Origin: an uncultured delta proteobacterium
GTDB taxonomy: Bacteria > Desulfobacterota > WTBG01 > CAIYCZ01 > CAIRTM01
Length of the DNA: 60,148 nt
Direction: 5' to 3'
NCBI GenBank assembly: GCA_903911225.1
Contig: CAIWCT010000155.1
Coordinates: 1-60,148, forward strand
Each line of letters begins with the position of its first letter. The first letter of the stretch is position 1. Positions 7,413-18,500 of the stretch are shown one piece after another. The notes below the pieces were generated by a model. That model saw nothing but the letters and a program-made list of their open reading frames with translations, was not told where the DNA came from and did not search any database. The position numbers and the translations under genes are program-made.

Positions 7413-9134
7413 TTATTTTATTTCCCAGGACCCTGAACGGTCCAGTTGAAGGACGCGATCATGATAGTCGATCAAGGTGGTGCGGTGTCCGACGCTGATG
7501 AAGCCAACACGGGATTCCTTGAGCAGTTGATACAGACGCTGCTGATTGTCTTCGTCAAGAGCGCTGGTGGCCTCGTCCAGAAATGCAAACTTTGAGTTTC
7601 GCAAAAAGAGTCGAGCGAAAGCCACGCGCTGTTGCTCTCCGATCGAAAGCACGTTGACCCAGTCCATCACTCGATCAAGATCGCTGTCCACGCGGTCCAG
7701 CACATCTGCCAGATTGACCCTGCCCACAACCTCAAGAATTTGCTCGTCGCTAAAGCCCCTGTCGGGATACGGGTAGAGCAGCTGGTCGCGCAGGTTACCG
7801 TCGATCATGTAGGGTCGCTGGGGCAGGAACATGATGTCCTGCCATGGCGGTCGTTCGAGCGCACCGGAACCAATTGGCCACAGCCCGGCGATTGTGCGCA
7901 GAACAGAACTCTTTCCGGTGCCGCTTGCGCCCATGATAAGAAGGCTCTGATTGCGGCGCAGCTCAAAGGACAGATCATTAACCAGAGTTTTTGATCCATC
8001 GGGCGTGCGCACGGTCAGCTTGTCCAGCTTTACCCTGCGGCTGTCATCGTCCACCTCCCCGTTCCCCTCCAGTGCCGCGCGCTCTTCCTCGGCATCGAAT
8101 TCATCCAGATCGTCCCACAACATGCCCAGGCGCTGCACCCCTGCCAGGTAGGCGCTCAACCGCTCGAACTGCGTGATGATCAGTGAAACGGCTGCCAAAA
8201 CCTGGGCAAACGCCCCTGCCGACTGGGTGACGACGCCGAATTCCACCTCTCCGCGCATGAACAGGGGAGCAACTATCACAACCGGTAGAATAAGGGCGGC
8301 ATAGTTGTAACTGTTGATAAAGAACCCCAAATTTCGATTCCAGCCGATGATGATCATCATGTTCTGAACAGCCGCTCCCAGGCGGCCCACCAGATCCCGC
8401 CGCTCACGCTTTTCCCCGCGATAGAAGGCTATGGATTCGGCATTGTCGCGCACACGAACCAGGCTGTAGCGAAAATCAGCCTCTTTCTGATACTGATGAT
8501 AGTTCAAACCGACCAGCCGGCGGCCGATGAGGATGCTCAGCCCGGTGCCGGCCACGGCGTAGACGAGCAGCACGCCGACCAGGGTGACGGAGATGGCCCA
8601 GAGCACGCCGATGAATACAATCACCGACACCGTAGCGTTCAGCGCGATCAGCAGGAAAGACAGCGAGCTGATGGTAAAATTGCGCACATCCTCGCTGATA
8701 CGCTGGTCAGGGTTGTCGATGCTGGCCGAGCCTCGCAGCCGGTAGTAAGCGCGGTTGTTGAAATACCGCTTAATTAGATGCTGCGCCATCCATTCCCGCC
8801 ACAGAAGGGCCAGCCGCTCTTCCGTCCACCGGTAGTAAACCCCGAGCGGGATTGCAAGGGCGAACGTACCGAGATACAACCACAGCGATTGCAAGTAAGC
8901 GGGTGCATCTTTCTTCGCGATGGCGGTCATGAAATCCCTGGCCACATAGCTCATGAGCACCTGCACCCCGCCGACACACAGGGCCAGGGTGAGCAGAATA
9001 ATGAGAAACCTGAGCGCTTTGTGTCGACGCTCCGAAGCAAAAAACGCTCTGGATATGAACCAGAGTTGCCGGCAGGTTGTGCCGAAAGACGCTTTGTCGG
9101 AAATTTTTTCTTCTGAGGGAGAGGCTTGGTCCAT
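7413..9134 (-). CDS. Fused TMD-NBD ABC half transporter, ABCD/SbmA-BacA-like (ABC_membrane_2) family, with canonical ATPase motifs
   Basis: The TMD has LLWREW...IDNPDQRISEDVRNFT. Walker A is GASGTGKSS. The signature is LSIGEQQRVAFARL. Walker B is FAFLDEATSALD. The H-loop is SVGHR. Confidence 0.85.
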   Translation of the reverse strand: MDQASPSEEKISDKASFGTTCRQLWFISRAFFASERRHKALRFLIILLTLALCVGGVQVLMSYVARDFMTAIAKKDAPAYLQSLWLYLGTFALAIPLGVYYRWTEERLALLWREWMAQHLIKRYFNNRAYYRLRGSASIDNPDQRISEDVRNFTISSLSFLLIALNATVSVIVFIGVLWAISVTLVGVLLVYAVAGTGLSILIGRRLVGLNYHQYQKEADFRYSLVRVRDNAESIAFYRGEKRERRDLVGRLGAAVQNMMIIIGWNRNLGFFINSYNYAALILPVVIVAPLFMRGEVEFGVVTQSAGAFAQVLAAVSLIITQFERLSAYLAGVQRLGMLWDDLDEFDAEEERAALEGNGEVDDDSRRVKLDKLTVRTPDGSKTLVNDLSFELRRNQSLLIMGASGTGKSSVLRTIAGLWPIGSGALERPPWQDIMFLPQRPYMIDGNLRDQLLYPYPDRGFSDEQILEVVGRVNLADVLDRVDSDLDRVMDWVNVLSIGEQQRVAFARLFLRNSKFAFLDEATSALDEDNQQRLYQLLKESRVGFISVGHRTTLIDYHDRVLQLDRSGSWEIK

Positions 9135-9445
9135 ATTTCCTTATTATTGTGTCATTCCCAACAAGGAAAGGGGTAGTCCTATTGGATTTTACGATTACTA
9201 AATTTGACGGGAAGGCCCTTTTGGATGGGCAAAGTATAGGCAGGCAGGTGGCTGTATGTCAATAAAAATGCTTTGTTAAGAGAATCCTTTAGGTTAGCGC
9301 AGGTTCCGGCAAATAGGCCGGATGTGCTATACAGCTATTGCCATAAGGTTTTCTGATGGTCAGTCCGGTTAATGTGAAGGGCGGGAGTCAACCCCGATAC
9401 TTCTCTTAAATGCTTTAACAGCGCACAGTGCGCGCTCTGTTAATA

Positions 9446-10789
9446 TTAATGGCCCACCACATAGTGCAGCGCCAGCACGTATAACGCCGAAACTGCCAGC
9501 TGGCACAGAGTGAAAGGAATGCCATAGCGCATGAACGTGACAAAGGATATGGGACGGCCATGGTTCGAGCAAATGCCCGCAGCCACCACATTTGATGAGG
9601 CGCCAATGAGGGTGGCATTGCCCCCGAGCGTTGCGCCGAACATCATGGCCACAAAAACCGGCAGCGTCGATACGGGCCAGTCGGTGAATGTAGCCCACAG
9701 GGCATTTTCGCCCACAATTTCCGCCACAACTAAATAGCCCTTGGTGAGCAGCAGCATGGCGGCGACCACCGGTATATTGGCCAGCAGGCTCGATGCCAGG
9801 CCCACCCCCGCCAGCAGCACCAGCGCCACCAGCAGCGTATTGGAGCCGAACCATGAATAGAGATTTTTCGACAGGCCCTGCAGGATGCCGGTTTTGGTAA
9901 ACTCCTCAACAAGAAAGAACATGCAAGCCAGAAAAATGAGCGTTTTCCAGTCAACATCCCGGATGACATGTTCTATGGATTCGACCCTGGCGCCGTATAC
10001 TACGAGCAGCGCCAGCGAAGCCGCTATTATGGCAACCGCGGGCGGCACGATGCGCGTGGGCATGCGCTCGCCGATAAGAAACATGACCACCATGGCAACA
10101 AGAACCACCAGCGCCCCGGCGGCAAGACCGGGCCGCGATAGGGGCTCAACGCGAAGGTCATCAGGCAGCTGCACCTTGACCCGCCAGATGTCCTTCATGA
10201 CAAGGGGCGTCATGGCGACCAGCACCAGTATCGCAATCACTCCTCCAAGGCTTACCCGCTGCAGATACTGGCCGAACGTGATGCCGATGGAACTGCCAAC
10301 CAGAAATGTTGCCGGGTCCCCGACCAGCGTGAGCATGCCCGCGGAGTTGCTGATAATGGCGGTGAGTACCATGGGGCCGACATAGTCGACTTTGAGCGCC
10401 GCCGCAATACGGATAATGATGGGCGCCACAAGAATGACGACCGTGGCATTGGGCAGAAACGCGCAGATGGGCGTGATGAGCACAAATAGCCCCAAAAGAT
10501 ACAGCTTGCCGCTGCCTTTGGTTAAAATCAGAAACCGCGTGCCTACATTTTCAAAAATACCTGTGGGCTGCAGGGTACGCGCCACCACCATGCCGCCGAA
10601 CAGCAGGGCGAGCGTGCCGCCTGCCGTTTCAAGAGCGTGGAGGGCATCGCCGGCGGTCAGTATGCCCATGACCAGCAAAATGCTTACCCCCAGAAGAGCC
10701 GCAACCGTTATGTCGAGCATGTTGAAGGCAATTGCCAGGATAACACCGGCAAAAACCGCAATGGTAATAATAGCATGGAATGTACTCAT
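9446..10789 (-). CDS. ArsB/NhaD (CitMHS superfamily) permease
   Basis: 447-aa polytopic protein. It starts MSTFHAIITIAVFAGVILAIAFNMLDITVAALLGVSILLV... and contains ...NATVVILVAPI... and ...GGNATLIGASSNVV, typical of the family. Confidence 0.7.
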   Translation of the reverse strand: MSTFHAIITIAVFAGVILAIAFNMLDITVAALLGVSILLVMGILTAGDALHALETAGGTLALLFGGMVVARTLQPTGIFENVGTRFLILTKGSGKLYLLGLFVLITPICAFLPNATVVILVAPIIIRIAAALKVDYVGPMVLTAIISNSAGMLTLVGDPATFLVGSSIGITFGQYLQRVSLGGVIAILVLVAMTPLVMKDIWRVKVQLPDDLRVEPLSRPGLAAGALVVLVAMVVMFLIGERMPTRIVPPAVAIIAASLALLVVYGARVESIEHVIRDVDWKTLIFLACMFFLVEEFTKTGILQGLSKNLYSWFGSNTLLVALVLLAGVGLASSLLANIPVVAAMLLLTKGYLVVAEIVGENALWATFTDWPVSTLPVFVAMMFGATLGGNATLIGASSNVVAAGICSNHGRPISFVTFMRYGIPFTLCQLAVSALYVLALHYVVGH

Positions 10790-10864
10790 GGCTGTACCTG
10801 CTGGTTTAATACATCTCTATTCGTCAGCACCATGTCTGCCCCTGAACAAAAACCCTATGCGCTC

Positions 10865-11920
10865 TTACCTGAATGGCGGGGCTATCAGCAGGCCCCCGTC
10901 TTTCCATAAACGGTTATAGCCCCGGTCAATTTTGAGAGGGCTTTTGCCGCCCAGATTGCGGTCGAATATTTCCTCGTAATTGCCAACGGCCTTTAAGATG
11001 CGCACCACCCAGTCCCGGTCAACCCCCAAAAGGGAACCCATGTTGCCTGCTTGCCCGAGCAGTTCCTGAATATACGGGCTTTTTGAAGTGTCGCGCATGG
11101 CAGCAGCATTCTCCTGCGTAATCCCCTGCTCTTCGGCTTCAATGAGCGCAAAGAGAACCCACTTGACCAGGGTGAACCACTCTTCATCGCCGCGGCGCAC
11201 CGCCGGCCCCAGCGGCTCCTTATGCAGCTTGCCCGGCAGGACGGTGTATTTGTCGGCTCCGCCCGGCGCATTCAGGCGCATGATGGCCAGATCGGTCCCG
11301 TCGCCGGTCAAAATCTGGCAGTCCCCGGCAAGGAACGCTTTTTTTGCTGCGTGCATCGTATCGAAAACACGCAGTTGAAGCTGCGGCCCCTGCCCCGCGG
11401 ACAGCTGCTTCAGCATCGTTTCATGCGTTGTTGCCTTCACAACGGCGATTGTTGCCCCGCGCAGGTCGTCAATGCTTTTTATGCTGCGTCCGGAACGGAC
11501 CATGATGCTTTGAAAATCGTAATAGAGTGTGCCGGTAAAGGCCAGGCCGAGGCCCGCCTCTCTGCTCAATGTCCAGGTGGTGCTTCGCACCAGAACATCG
11601 ATATCTCCGGCCTTCAGGGCGGGAAACCGTGCTGAAGACATAAGCGGCACAAAGCGCACTTTTTCCGGATCGCCGAGCGCCGCTGCCGCAAGGGCGCGGC
11701 AGAAGTCTGCGTCAATGCCGTTCCATCGCCCGTGTGCATCCTGTGCTGCAAAGCCAGTCTGATTATCACAGACGCCGCACCACAGCTCGCCGCGCATACG
11801 GATTTTATCAAGGGTATCACCGGCATGGGCCCGGGGACACCAAAGCACGGATAGAAGCGTTACAATACAGGCGGTATATGCTATCGGTAAAGCGCGGGGA
11901 ATGAACTGAAAGGATTTCAT
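10865..11920 (-). CDS. Periplasmic amino-acid ABC substrate-binding protein (AapJ/BztA-like). It is an orphan with no adjacent permease or ATPase.
   Basis: It has a signal peptide, then LDKIRMRGELWCGVCDNQTGFAAQDAHGRWNGIDADFCRALAAAALGDPEKVRFVPL. 351 aa. Confidence 0.75.
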   Translation of the reverse strand: MKSFQFIPRALPIAYTACIVTLLSVLWCPRAHAGDTLDKIRMRGELWCGVCDNQTGFAAQDAHGRWNGIDADFCRALAAAALGDPEKVRFVPLMSSARFPALKAGDIDVLVRSTTWTLSREAGLGLAFTGTLYYDFQSIMVRSGRSIKSIDDLRGATIAVVKATTHETMLKQLSAGQGPQLQLRVFDTMHAAKKAFLAGDCQILTGDGTDLAIMRLNAPGGADKYTVLPGKLHKEPLGPAVRRGDEEWFTLVKWVLFALIEAEEQGITQENAAAMRDTSKSPYIQELLGQAGNMGSLLGVDRDWVVRILKAVGNYEEIFDRNLGGKSPLKIDRGYNRLWKDGGLLIAPPFR

Positions 11921-12099
11921 TTATGATGAGCTCCTTTTTTATTATGTGGTTTGGACAACTATAGTGGAAAGGATGCGGCGTGTCAACAATGTGGGAGTTC
12001 ACAATGTGGAATTTCGGGGTAAAACGATGCACGGCGAAGCAGGTATTGTTATACCGGCGCTGGGACTGCAAATTTTATGGGGTCCACCCCCGCGCTGCA

Positions 12100-12477
12100 T
12101 TAAAGCAGCGCTGCTTCATCGGCTATATTACACGCATGGCCTTTCTGCTTCTCCGGCAGATTGCTTTCAACAAAGGAGTTTATCTTCCTCCTGTCTTCGA
12201 AGGAAATTCCGACGAACTCTATGCCCACACCTGCCGGAGACTTGTCAGAGGCCTGTTTTGCCCATGCCACCCGGCCGGCAATATCCATAATCTCCAAATC
12301 ATGAGGAAAGCTGATGCGCAATGCAAGTTCGGTATCGACCGGCAGTACGGTGTCGGTCTCGATAAAGACACCTTTGCAGCTGATGTTCATTATATTGCCG
12401 CACAACAAGTCTCCGGCGCTGCTGAACGCAACAGCTACGCTGGTTTTTATTCGTGAAGCTCCTCTCTTTTGAAACAT
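12100..12477 (-). CDS. PilZ-domain c-di-GMP receptor
   Basis: RxxxR (RGASR) and NxSxxG (NISCKG) motifs are present, followed by GRVAW...GVGIEF. 125 aa. Confidence 0.8.
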   Translation of the reverse strand: MFQKRGASRIKTSVAVAFSSAGDLLCGNIMNISCKGVFIETDTVLPVDTELALRISFPHDLEIMDIAGRVAWAKQASDKSPAGVGIEFVGISFEDRRKINSFVESNLPEKQKGHACNIADEAALL

Positions 12478-12579
12478 TGGCCCTCCTCTTGTAAAATGGT
12501 TATTAAATAGTTTGCCAAGAAATCCGCAGCCCGCTTCCGATAAGAGGGGGAGTGGCGCCTGCAGCGGGATATTGTATGC

Positions 12580-13617
12580 TTACATAGTGTTGGTTTCGTC
12601 AAGGATGCCCTCGGCCTCCTCAGGGGCGATGATTTTACGGCTGATCAGTTCCTTAATCGCCGCATCCATGGTCTGCATGCCGTATTTCTGGCCGGTTTGC
12701 ATGATTGAGGAAATCTGGGATACCTTGCTTTCGCGAATGAGATTTTTGATGGCATTCGTACCGATCATGATTTCTACAGCGGGCACACGGCCCGTGCCGT
12801 CACGTCGCTTAAAAAGCCGCTGAGCAATAACGGCCTGAATGCTTTCGCTGAACTGAGTCCTGATCTGCGCCTGCTGCTCCGAAGGAAAAACGTCAATAAT
12901 GCGGTCGATGGTTTTAGCCGCGCTGGTGGTATGCAGCGTTGCAAAGACCAGATGCCCGGTTTCAGCAGCGGTGAGGGCAAGCTGGATTGTTTCAAGATCG
13001 CGCATTTCACCCACCAGAACAACATCCGGGTCTTCACGAAGCGCGCTGCGCAGGGCATTGGCAAAACTGTGCGTGTGGGCCAGCAGCTCTCGCTGATTTA
13101 TCAGGCAGTTTATCGACGGGTGTACAAACTCGATGGGATCTTCGATGGTAATGATATGCTCTTTGCGGTCGTGATTTATAAGATTGATGATGGCGGCAAG
13201 GGTAGTCGTTTTACCGCAGCCAGTAGGGCCGGTGACAAGGACAAGGCCCCTGCGGTTTTTTGCTATCTGGCGGCAGATCCGTGGAAGCCCAAGTTCTTCA
13301 AATGTATAAATTCTACTGGAAATCAATCTGAAAACAGCCGCTTCGCCACGTTGCTGAAAAAAACAATTGACGCGAAATCGACCGTATTCGCCAAGCGAAA
13401 TGGAGAAATCAAGCTCTTTTGTTTCTTCAAAAGTTTTACGCTGCCGGTCATTGAGAATGTCATATATCATCTTATGTATTTGTTCCGGGGTCATTGCCGG
13501 CATTTCCAGCCTGCGCAGTTCTCCATGAATGCGCAAAATGGGCGACTCACCGGCGCTTATATGAACATCAGAGGCTTTTTGTGCGACGGCAAATATCAGC
13601 AGTTCGGATGCATCCAT
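12580..13617 (-). CDS. pilT: Type IV pilus retraction ATPase PilT
   Basis: 345 aa. It contains ASDVHISAGESPILRIHG, Walker A GPTGCGKTT, VVLVGEMRDLETI and TGHLVFATLHT. Confidence 0.9.
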   Translation of the reverse strand: MDASELLIFAVAQKASDVHISAGESPILRIHGELRRLEMPAMTPEQIHKMIYDILNDRQRKTFEETKELDFSISLGEYGRFRVNCFFQQRGEAAVFRLISSRIYTFEELGLPRICRQIAKNRRGLVLVTGPTGCGKTTTLAAIINLINHDRKEHIITIEDPIEFVHPSINCLINQRELLAHTHSFANALRSALREDPDVVLVGEMRDLETIQLALTAAETGHLVFATLHTTSAAKTIDRIIDVFPSEQQAQIRTQFSESIQAVIAQRLFKRRDGTGRVPAVEIMIGTNAIKNLIRESKVSQISSIMQTGQKYGMQTMDAAIKELISRKIIAPEEAEGILDETNTM

Positions 13618-13682
13618 AATTAACTCCGCTATGAAATAGTGCTCTTATAATAATTTTGAAAAATTTTATAAAAAGGTCCGGG

Positions 13683-13723
13683 GCCCGCTGCCGATGACAA
13701 GGGAGGTTGCACCGGCAGCGGGC
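13683..13723 (-). terminator. Hairpin terminator candidate after the MCP gene
   Basis: An 11-bp perfect stem gcccgctgccg/cggcagcgggc with a 19-nt loop. On the minus strand a TTTTT run follows 8 nt after the stem. Confidence 0.4.
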
Positions 13724-13744
13724 TGTAAGACCATTGTGCCTGAA

Positions 13745-15955
13745 TTAATATTTTCCGAACTCCCTGTCATCAAGGGCTATCACCGGTTCATGGTCGCGGG
13801 TTCCTGCTGCCGCCCCACCCCATGGTGCGGCAGCATATGCCGAACTGCCGTTTCCTGATACAGCTTGTCCGGATGCCAGCATATGCTGTCCGGCCTCCGT
13901 GCTGCTTATGTCAACACTCTCATCAACCCTGAATGTTGACACCATCTGCTGCAGCACCAGCGACTGGCTTGAAAGTTCTTCGGCTGCGGCAGCACTCTCT
14001 TCGGCGTGAGCCATGTTCTGCTGCGTAACATGGTCAATCTGCCCCAGACCAGACGTGATTTGGGCGACACCCTGTGCCTGCTCGTTTGAAGCGGCTGCTA
14101 TCTCGCCCACCAGATCCGTTACCTTGGAGGCTGCAGCCACTATTTCCTTCAACGCTTTGGCTGTGTTATCGGCCATATGGGTGCCGTCTGCAACCTTTCG
14201 CACCGAGCCCTCGATCAGGGCCTCCGTCTCTTTTGCCGCCTTTGCGCTTCTTGCTGCAAGGGTGCGCACCTCTTCAGCAACCACGGCAAATCCCTTGCCA
14301 TACTTGCCGGCGCGGGCAGCCTCAACTGCTGCGTTTAGAGCCAATAAATTTGTCTGAAAGGCAATCTCATCAATTACCTTTATAATTTTCGAAATACTCT
14401 GCTCTGATTCATTAATTTCCTTCATCGCGACCACCATCCGGCTCATGTGCTCATCGCCTTTTACCGCAAGGGCGTTTGTTTCCGCCGAAAGCCTGCTGGC
14501 CTGCGAGGCATTTTCGGCATTCTGCCGGGTCTGCGAGGCGATCTCATTCATGGAGCTTGAAATTTCCTCAAGCGAGCTTGCCTGCTCGGTTGCGCCCTGG
14601 CTCATGGCCTGGCTGGTAGCGTTCATCTGCCCGGCCCCTGCGGCAACATTGTTAGCGGCTTTATTAATATCGGCTATGTTTTGCGAGAGCATTTCCACCA
14701 TCCCCTTCAGCACATAGCCAAGGGTGTCTTTATCCGACAGCGGCTGTATCTTCACCGTCAGATCGCCCCCGGCGATGCTAACTACAGCTGTTATGATCTT
14801 ACTGAAATTGTCAGTCATGGTGTTCATGGCGTCAGCAAGCGCTCCGATTTCATCCTTCTGGTCAATGTCAAGACGGGCCGTAACATTCCCCAGGGCAACC
14901 TCCCGGGTGTATTCAACGCCTTTGACGATGGGCCGCGTAATTATCACCGCAAGCGTCAGAGAAATCGCCACCCCCAAAGCAACAGCTATCAATATGGTGA
15001 CTAGAATGGTTGCGCTGCTGGAGCCAACCAGCACTGCTGCCGCAGAATCAGCTTCCTTGAGCGATTGATAGCTTGCCGCCTCTGCGGACTGCGCCTGTTT
15101 GATAACATTTTCCCCGAGGTTCTTCATGGCTGGCAGAACCTGCTCCTTGAAATCTCTATCATGCCGCGTCCATGATTTTGCCGCGACGCTGTATTTTGCC
15201 GTTGCGTCTTTGGCTTTTGAGATCAGCTCAAGAAGCGTTGCGTCCTTCTGATTGGCCTCCATTTCATCATAAACAGCAAGCAGTTGCTGCATCTTTTCTT
15301 CCATATTCCGAAGCGCCTTTTCATCGGGATGAACAAGATACTCCTTTTCCATAATTCGGATTTCATTAACCAGATTAATGCCCCAGCCGGCCATATTGAC
15401 TTGTTCATTGGTTGCGGCAAGCAACTCCTTGACGTTCATCTCTATGGCATCCTTCATTTCCTTGAGCATGGCGCTGTGATATTTCGTGAGCAGCTCAACA
15501 ACAGCGGCGCCGTCTTGGGTCATGACCTTTTCCGCCTCGGCTGCCGCCGTCAGCAGTGCCACCTCTTTATTGTACTGCAGTGCATATTCGGCAATCGCCT
15601 TACGGGCGGTTTGGGCCTTTTGCTCCAACTCTGAATTGGCATATTCTTTTGCGATGCCCTCAAGCTTGTCAAGGTACCCGTTCAGCTCCTTGATATCGGC
15701 TTCGGCCTGCTGACTTATTTTACCTTTTTTCTCCAGCAGATAATTTTTTTCATCCATGATCGTTGCAAGGGCCATACGCTCGACTCCGACGGCATACTCC
15801 AGTGCCCTGGCCTCATTCTTGGTGATGCCGAACAGCGCGCCCGAGACCTTCCCTATATACCTGTAGGACAAATGGCCCAAAACAAGCATTATCAGCACAA
15901 GGGCCATGGAACCGCTCAGGATTTTATATTTTATTGGTAAATTCTTAAATTTCAT
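13745..15955 (-). CDS. Methyl-accepting chemotaxis protein: long helical periplasmic domain, HAMP, and a C-terminal aromatic pentapeptide
   Basis: Two TM segments flank a periplasmic region of about 270 aa. The signalling hairpin is [21 protein letters not shown]. It ends ...[11 protein letters not shown]. Confidence 0.9.
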   Translation of the reverse strand: MKFKNLPIKYKILSGSMALVLIMLVLGHLSYRYIGKVSGALFGITKNEARALEYAVGVERMALATIMDEKNYLLEKKGKISQQAEADIKELNGYLDKLEGIAKEYANSELEQKAQTARKAIAEYALQYNKEVALLTAAAEAEKVMTQDGAAVVELLTKYHSAMLKEMKDAIEMNVKELLAATNEQVNMAGWGINLVNEIRIMEKEYLVHPDEKALRNMEEKMQQLLAVYDEMEANQKDATLLELISKAKDATAKYSVAAKSWTRHDRDFKEQVLPAMKNLGENVIKQAQSAEAASYQSLKEADSAAAVLVGSSSATILVTILIAVALGVAISLTLAVIITRPIVKGVEYTREVALGNVTARLDIDQKDEIGALADAMNTMTDNFSKIITAVVSIAGGDLTVKIQPLSDKDTLGYVLKGMVEMLSQNIADINKAANNVAAGAGQMNATSQAMSQGATEQASSLEEISSSMNEIASQTRQNAENASQASRLSAETNALAVKGDEHMSRMVVAMKEINESEQSISKIIKVIDEIAFQTNLLALNAAVEAARAGKYGKGFAVVAEEVRTLAARSAKAAKETEALIEGSVRKVADGTHMADNTAKALKEIVAAASKVTDLVGEIAAASNEQAQGVAQITSGLGQIDHVTQQNMAHAEESAAAAEELSSQSLVLQQMVSTFRVDESVDISSTEAGQHMLASGQAVSGNGSSAYAAAPWGGAAAGTRDHEPVIALDDREFGKY

Positions 15956-16074
15956 GTTTCAGCTCCAGGGTAGGCTAAATTTAAAAATTTGCTCAACGCA
16001 CACTGCAATCGTCGATGCTGCGAAAAAAGGGACGGCAGCGGTGCCAGCTTACTCTTCCCATGTGCGGACATGGT

Positions 16075-16533
16075 TTATTTTTTATACACCCCACACCCGA
16101 CAATGAAATCATCGGCCCGCTCGATAAACATCTGCTTGGGCTCGATCTGCTTGTTGAGCGGGTTCATAAACTTATAATCCTGCCATGCCGAACCTTGCTT
16201 CTTCATCAGCTCCACACGCTCCTTGATAAACTCCTTGCCGTCGGGGTCCTTCATCCCGATCAGGTCCTTGCCCACCATATTGGGTTTCTGGCCGTGGGCC
16301 AGGCATTTGCCGTTCATGTCATATACGGCGATATACAGGTCGCGGTCGGCAAACTGGCCCCTGGTGTTGCTGAACTCGGCAAAAGCCTTATCCCTGCCAT
16401 TGGCTTTTATGAACTGTATGGCCTTTTTCACCATGGCCATGGCCTCATCCCGCGTGCCAGTGTCGCCAGCTTGTGCCGAGCCGACGCATGCCGTAAAAAA
16501 AATACACATCATCAGTGCTGCACATTTTTTCAT
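16075..16533 (-). CDS. Stand-alone periplasmic single-Cache (sCache_2-like) protein
   Basis: I chose the start MKKCAALMMCIFF (GGGAGGAAG upstream of the ATG at 16533). After the signal peptide it reads AMAMVKKAIQFIKANGRDKAFAEF...DLYIAVYDMNGKCLAHGQKPNMVGKDLIGMKDPDGKEF...WQDYKFMNP...FIVGCGVY. Confidence 0.75.
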   Translation of the reverse strand: MKKCAALMMCIFFTACVGSAQAGDTGTRDEAMAMVKKAIQFIKANGRDKAFAEFSNTRGQFADRDLYIAVYDMNGKCLAHGQKPNMVGKDLIGMKDPDGKEFIKERVELMKKQGSAWQDYKFMNPLNKQIEPKQMFIERADDFIVGCGVYKK

Positions 16534-16577
16534 TCTGCTTCCTCCCTGCTGATAAATAAACAATCACTAAACATGCA

Positions 16578-18500
16578 TCAATATTTCCCGAACTCATGGT
16601 CATCAAGTGCTATCACCGGTTCGGGCGTTTGATTCCCGGCCGTTACGCCGCCCCACGGCGCAGCCGGCTTTGGCTTTACCGCACCTTGTGCCTTGACAGT
16701 GCCCTGGCCCAGCATTCTCTGCCGGCCAATGCCGGCCTTCGATGCCTCGGCGCTGTGCGGAGCCGCTGTTTCATTAACCTTGAAGGCGCTCACCAGCTGC
16801 TGCAGCAGCCGGGCCTGGCTTGAGAGTTCTTCGGCCGCAGATGCGCCCTCTTCGGCATGGGCCGTGTTCTGCTGGGTCACCTGATCCACATGCCCAAGCC
16901 CCTTTGTAATTTGGGTTACACCCTGCGCCTGCTCATTGGAGGCTGCAGCAATCTCGGCAATAAGCTCCGTCACTTTCCCGGTTGCGGAAACTATCTTCTG
17001 CAGAGCTTCGGCAGTCCTGCCCGCCATGGCGGAGCCCTCTGCTGTTTTCTTTACTGCTCCTTCAATCATTGCCTCCGTCTCTTTGGCCGCTTTCGCGCTT
17101 CGGGCGGCAAGATTGCGAACCTCTTCGGCAACCACGGCAAACCCCTTGCCATGCCTGCCGGCACGTGCCGCCTCAACAGCTGCATTGAGCGCAAGCAGAT
17201 TGGTCTGAAAGGCAATTTCATCAATAATTTTAATAATTTTTGATATGTTGCTGCTGGCAATATTTATGTCATGCATGGCAACAACCATGTCCTTCACCTG
17301 CCGGTCCCCATCTTCCGCAAACAGTTTAGACTCGCTGGCTAGCCTGCTTGCCAGCGTTGCATTCTCGGAATTCTGCCTGGTCTGCGAAGCAATCTCATTC
17401 ATGGAGCTTGCTATCTCCTCAAGCGAACTTGCCTGCTCAGTTGCGCCCTGGCTCATGGCCTGGCTTGATTCCCGCAGTTGCTCTGCCCCGCCCAGAACGC
17501 TCTGGGCAGCTGCATTGATTTCAGCTATGATATCTGAAAGCTTCCCGACCATCATCTTCAGTGCATGGCCGAGTGTGTCCCGGTCCGAGAGAGCTGCGAC
17601 CTTAACCGTCAGATCGCCGGATGCTATCTTTTCTGCTGTCTGCGCAAGCTCGCGCAGATTATCGACCATGCTGTTCATAGAGATGGCCAACATCCCAATC
17701 TCGTCATTCTGCTCAACTGAGAATTTGATAGCCAAATCGCCGTGCGAAACTTTTTTTGTAAAGGCAACTGCCTGTTCAATCGGCGTTGTGACACAGCGGT
17801 TCATGAACCAGTAAACCGCCAGGGCTACAAGCATTAACAGAATAAGCACCCCGAAGATAGTCTGCCGTGCCACAGACCGCTCTCGTGCAAGAGCTTTCTC
17901 CGTCGGCACAGACACATTGAGTGTCCCCAGAATAATGTTTTGCTGCAGATCGCTGTTCATCCCCTTACGCAATGACTGATGGCATGCAGCACAGCCCGGA
18001 TGCAGCTGGCTGGGCAGTGGAACGGCAACGCTTAGATAGCCCTCCTGCTCGGCTTCCACGCGCTCCTTGCCCTTTATGATCGCCTGGACCGCTTCGCGCT
18101 CAAAGGGCGTCTTAATACCTATATTTTCCTTTTTGCCCAGCGGTTCTATGCCAAAAATATCGGCATCACCGACAAGCCTGATACGAGCAACTTCGTTTCC
18201 AAAATCTTCCGTTACGGCATCAACAAGAGCTGATTTCATCCGGCTGCAGTCGTCAAGCACCACCTGGGCTTCGATAGGGCCCATAGCACGCGCCTTTAAA
18301 AAATCTTCATGAAATTTCCGGGTCGAAACCATGAACATTGAAATTGTGCGGTCTATATGTTTCTGCGCCTCCAGCCGGGCGCCCTGCCTGACAAAATCCG
18401 CGGTTTTCTCCAACTGCAAAACGGTATAGCCGATACCGCCCATAGTTACTACTGCAGCAAGAACCATAATTATTTTGGCCTTCAACGACCAGTTTTTCAT
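16578..18500 (-). CDS. Methyl-accepting chemotaxis protein with a periplasmic CXXCH (c-type heme, Tll0287/DUF3365-like) sensor domain
   Basis: CAACH is encoded at 17979-17993, between TM1 and TM2. HAMP and the conserved MCP hairpin follow. It ends ...[12 protein letters not shown] prefer the ATG at 18500 (GGAG 6 nt upstream) over 18515. Confidence 0.88.
   Translation of the reverse strand: MKNWSLKAKIIMVLAAVVTMGGIGYTVLQLEKTADFVRQGARLEAQKHIDRTISMFMVSTRKFHEDFLKARAMGPIEAQVVLDDCSRMKSALVDAVTEDFGNEVARIRLVGDADIFGIEPLGKKENIGIKTPFEREAVQAIIKGKERVEAEQEGYLSVAVPLPSQLHPGCAACHQSLRKGMNSDLQQNIILGTLNVSVPTEKALARERSVARQTIFGVLILLMLVALAVYWFMNRCVTTPIEQAVAFTKKVSHGDLAIKFSVEQNDEIGMLAISMNSMVDNLRELAQTAEKIASGDLTVKVAALSDRDTLGHALKMMVGKLSDIIAEINAAAQSVLGGAEQLRESSQAMSQGATEQASSLEEIASSMNEIASQTRQNSENATLASRLASESKLFAEDGDRQVKDMVVAMHDINIASSNISKIIKIIDEIAFQTNLLALNAAVEAARAGRHGKGFAVVAEEVRNLAARSAKAAKETEAMIEGAVKKTAEGSAMAGRTAEALQKIVSATGKVTELIAEIAAASNEQAQGVTQITKGLGHVDQVTQQNTAHAEEGASAAEELSSQARLLQQLVSAFKVNETAAPHSAEASKAGIGRQRMLGQGTVKAQGAVKPKPAAPWGGVTAGNQTPEPVIALDDHEFGKY

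Noticed and set aside
12931-13623. A 230-aa plus-strand ORF opposite pilT. Comparable ones are 50314-51003 opposite the HemN-like gene, 56035-56799 opposite the MBL gene and 2830-3468 opposite mod.
   Set aside because: All overlap genes with unambiguous catalytic motifs on the other strand, and none shows a motif or an SD.
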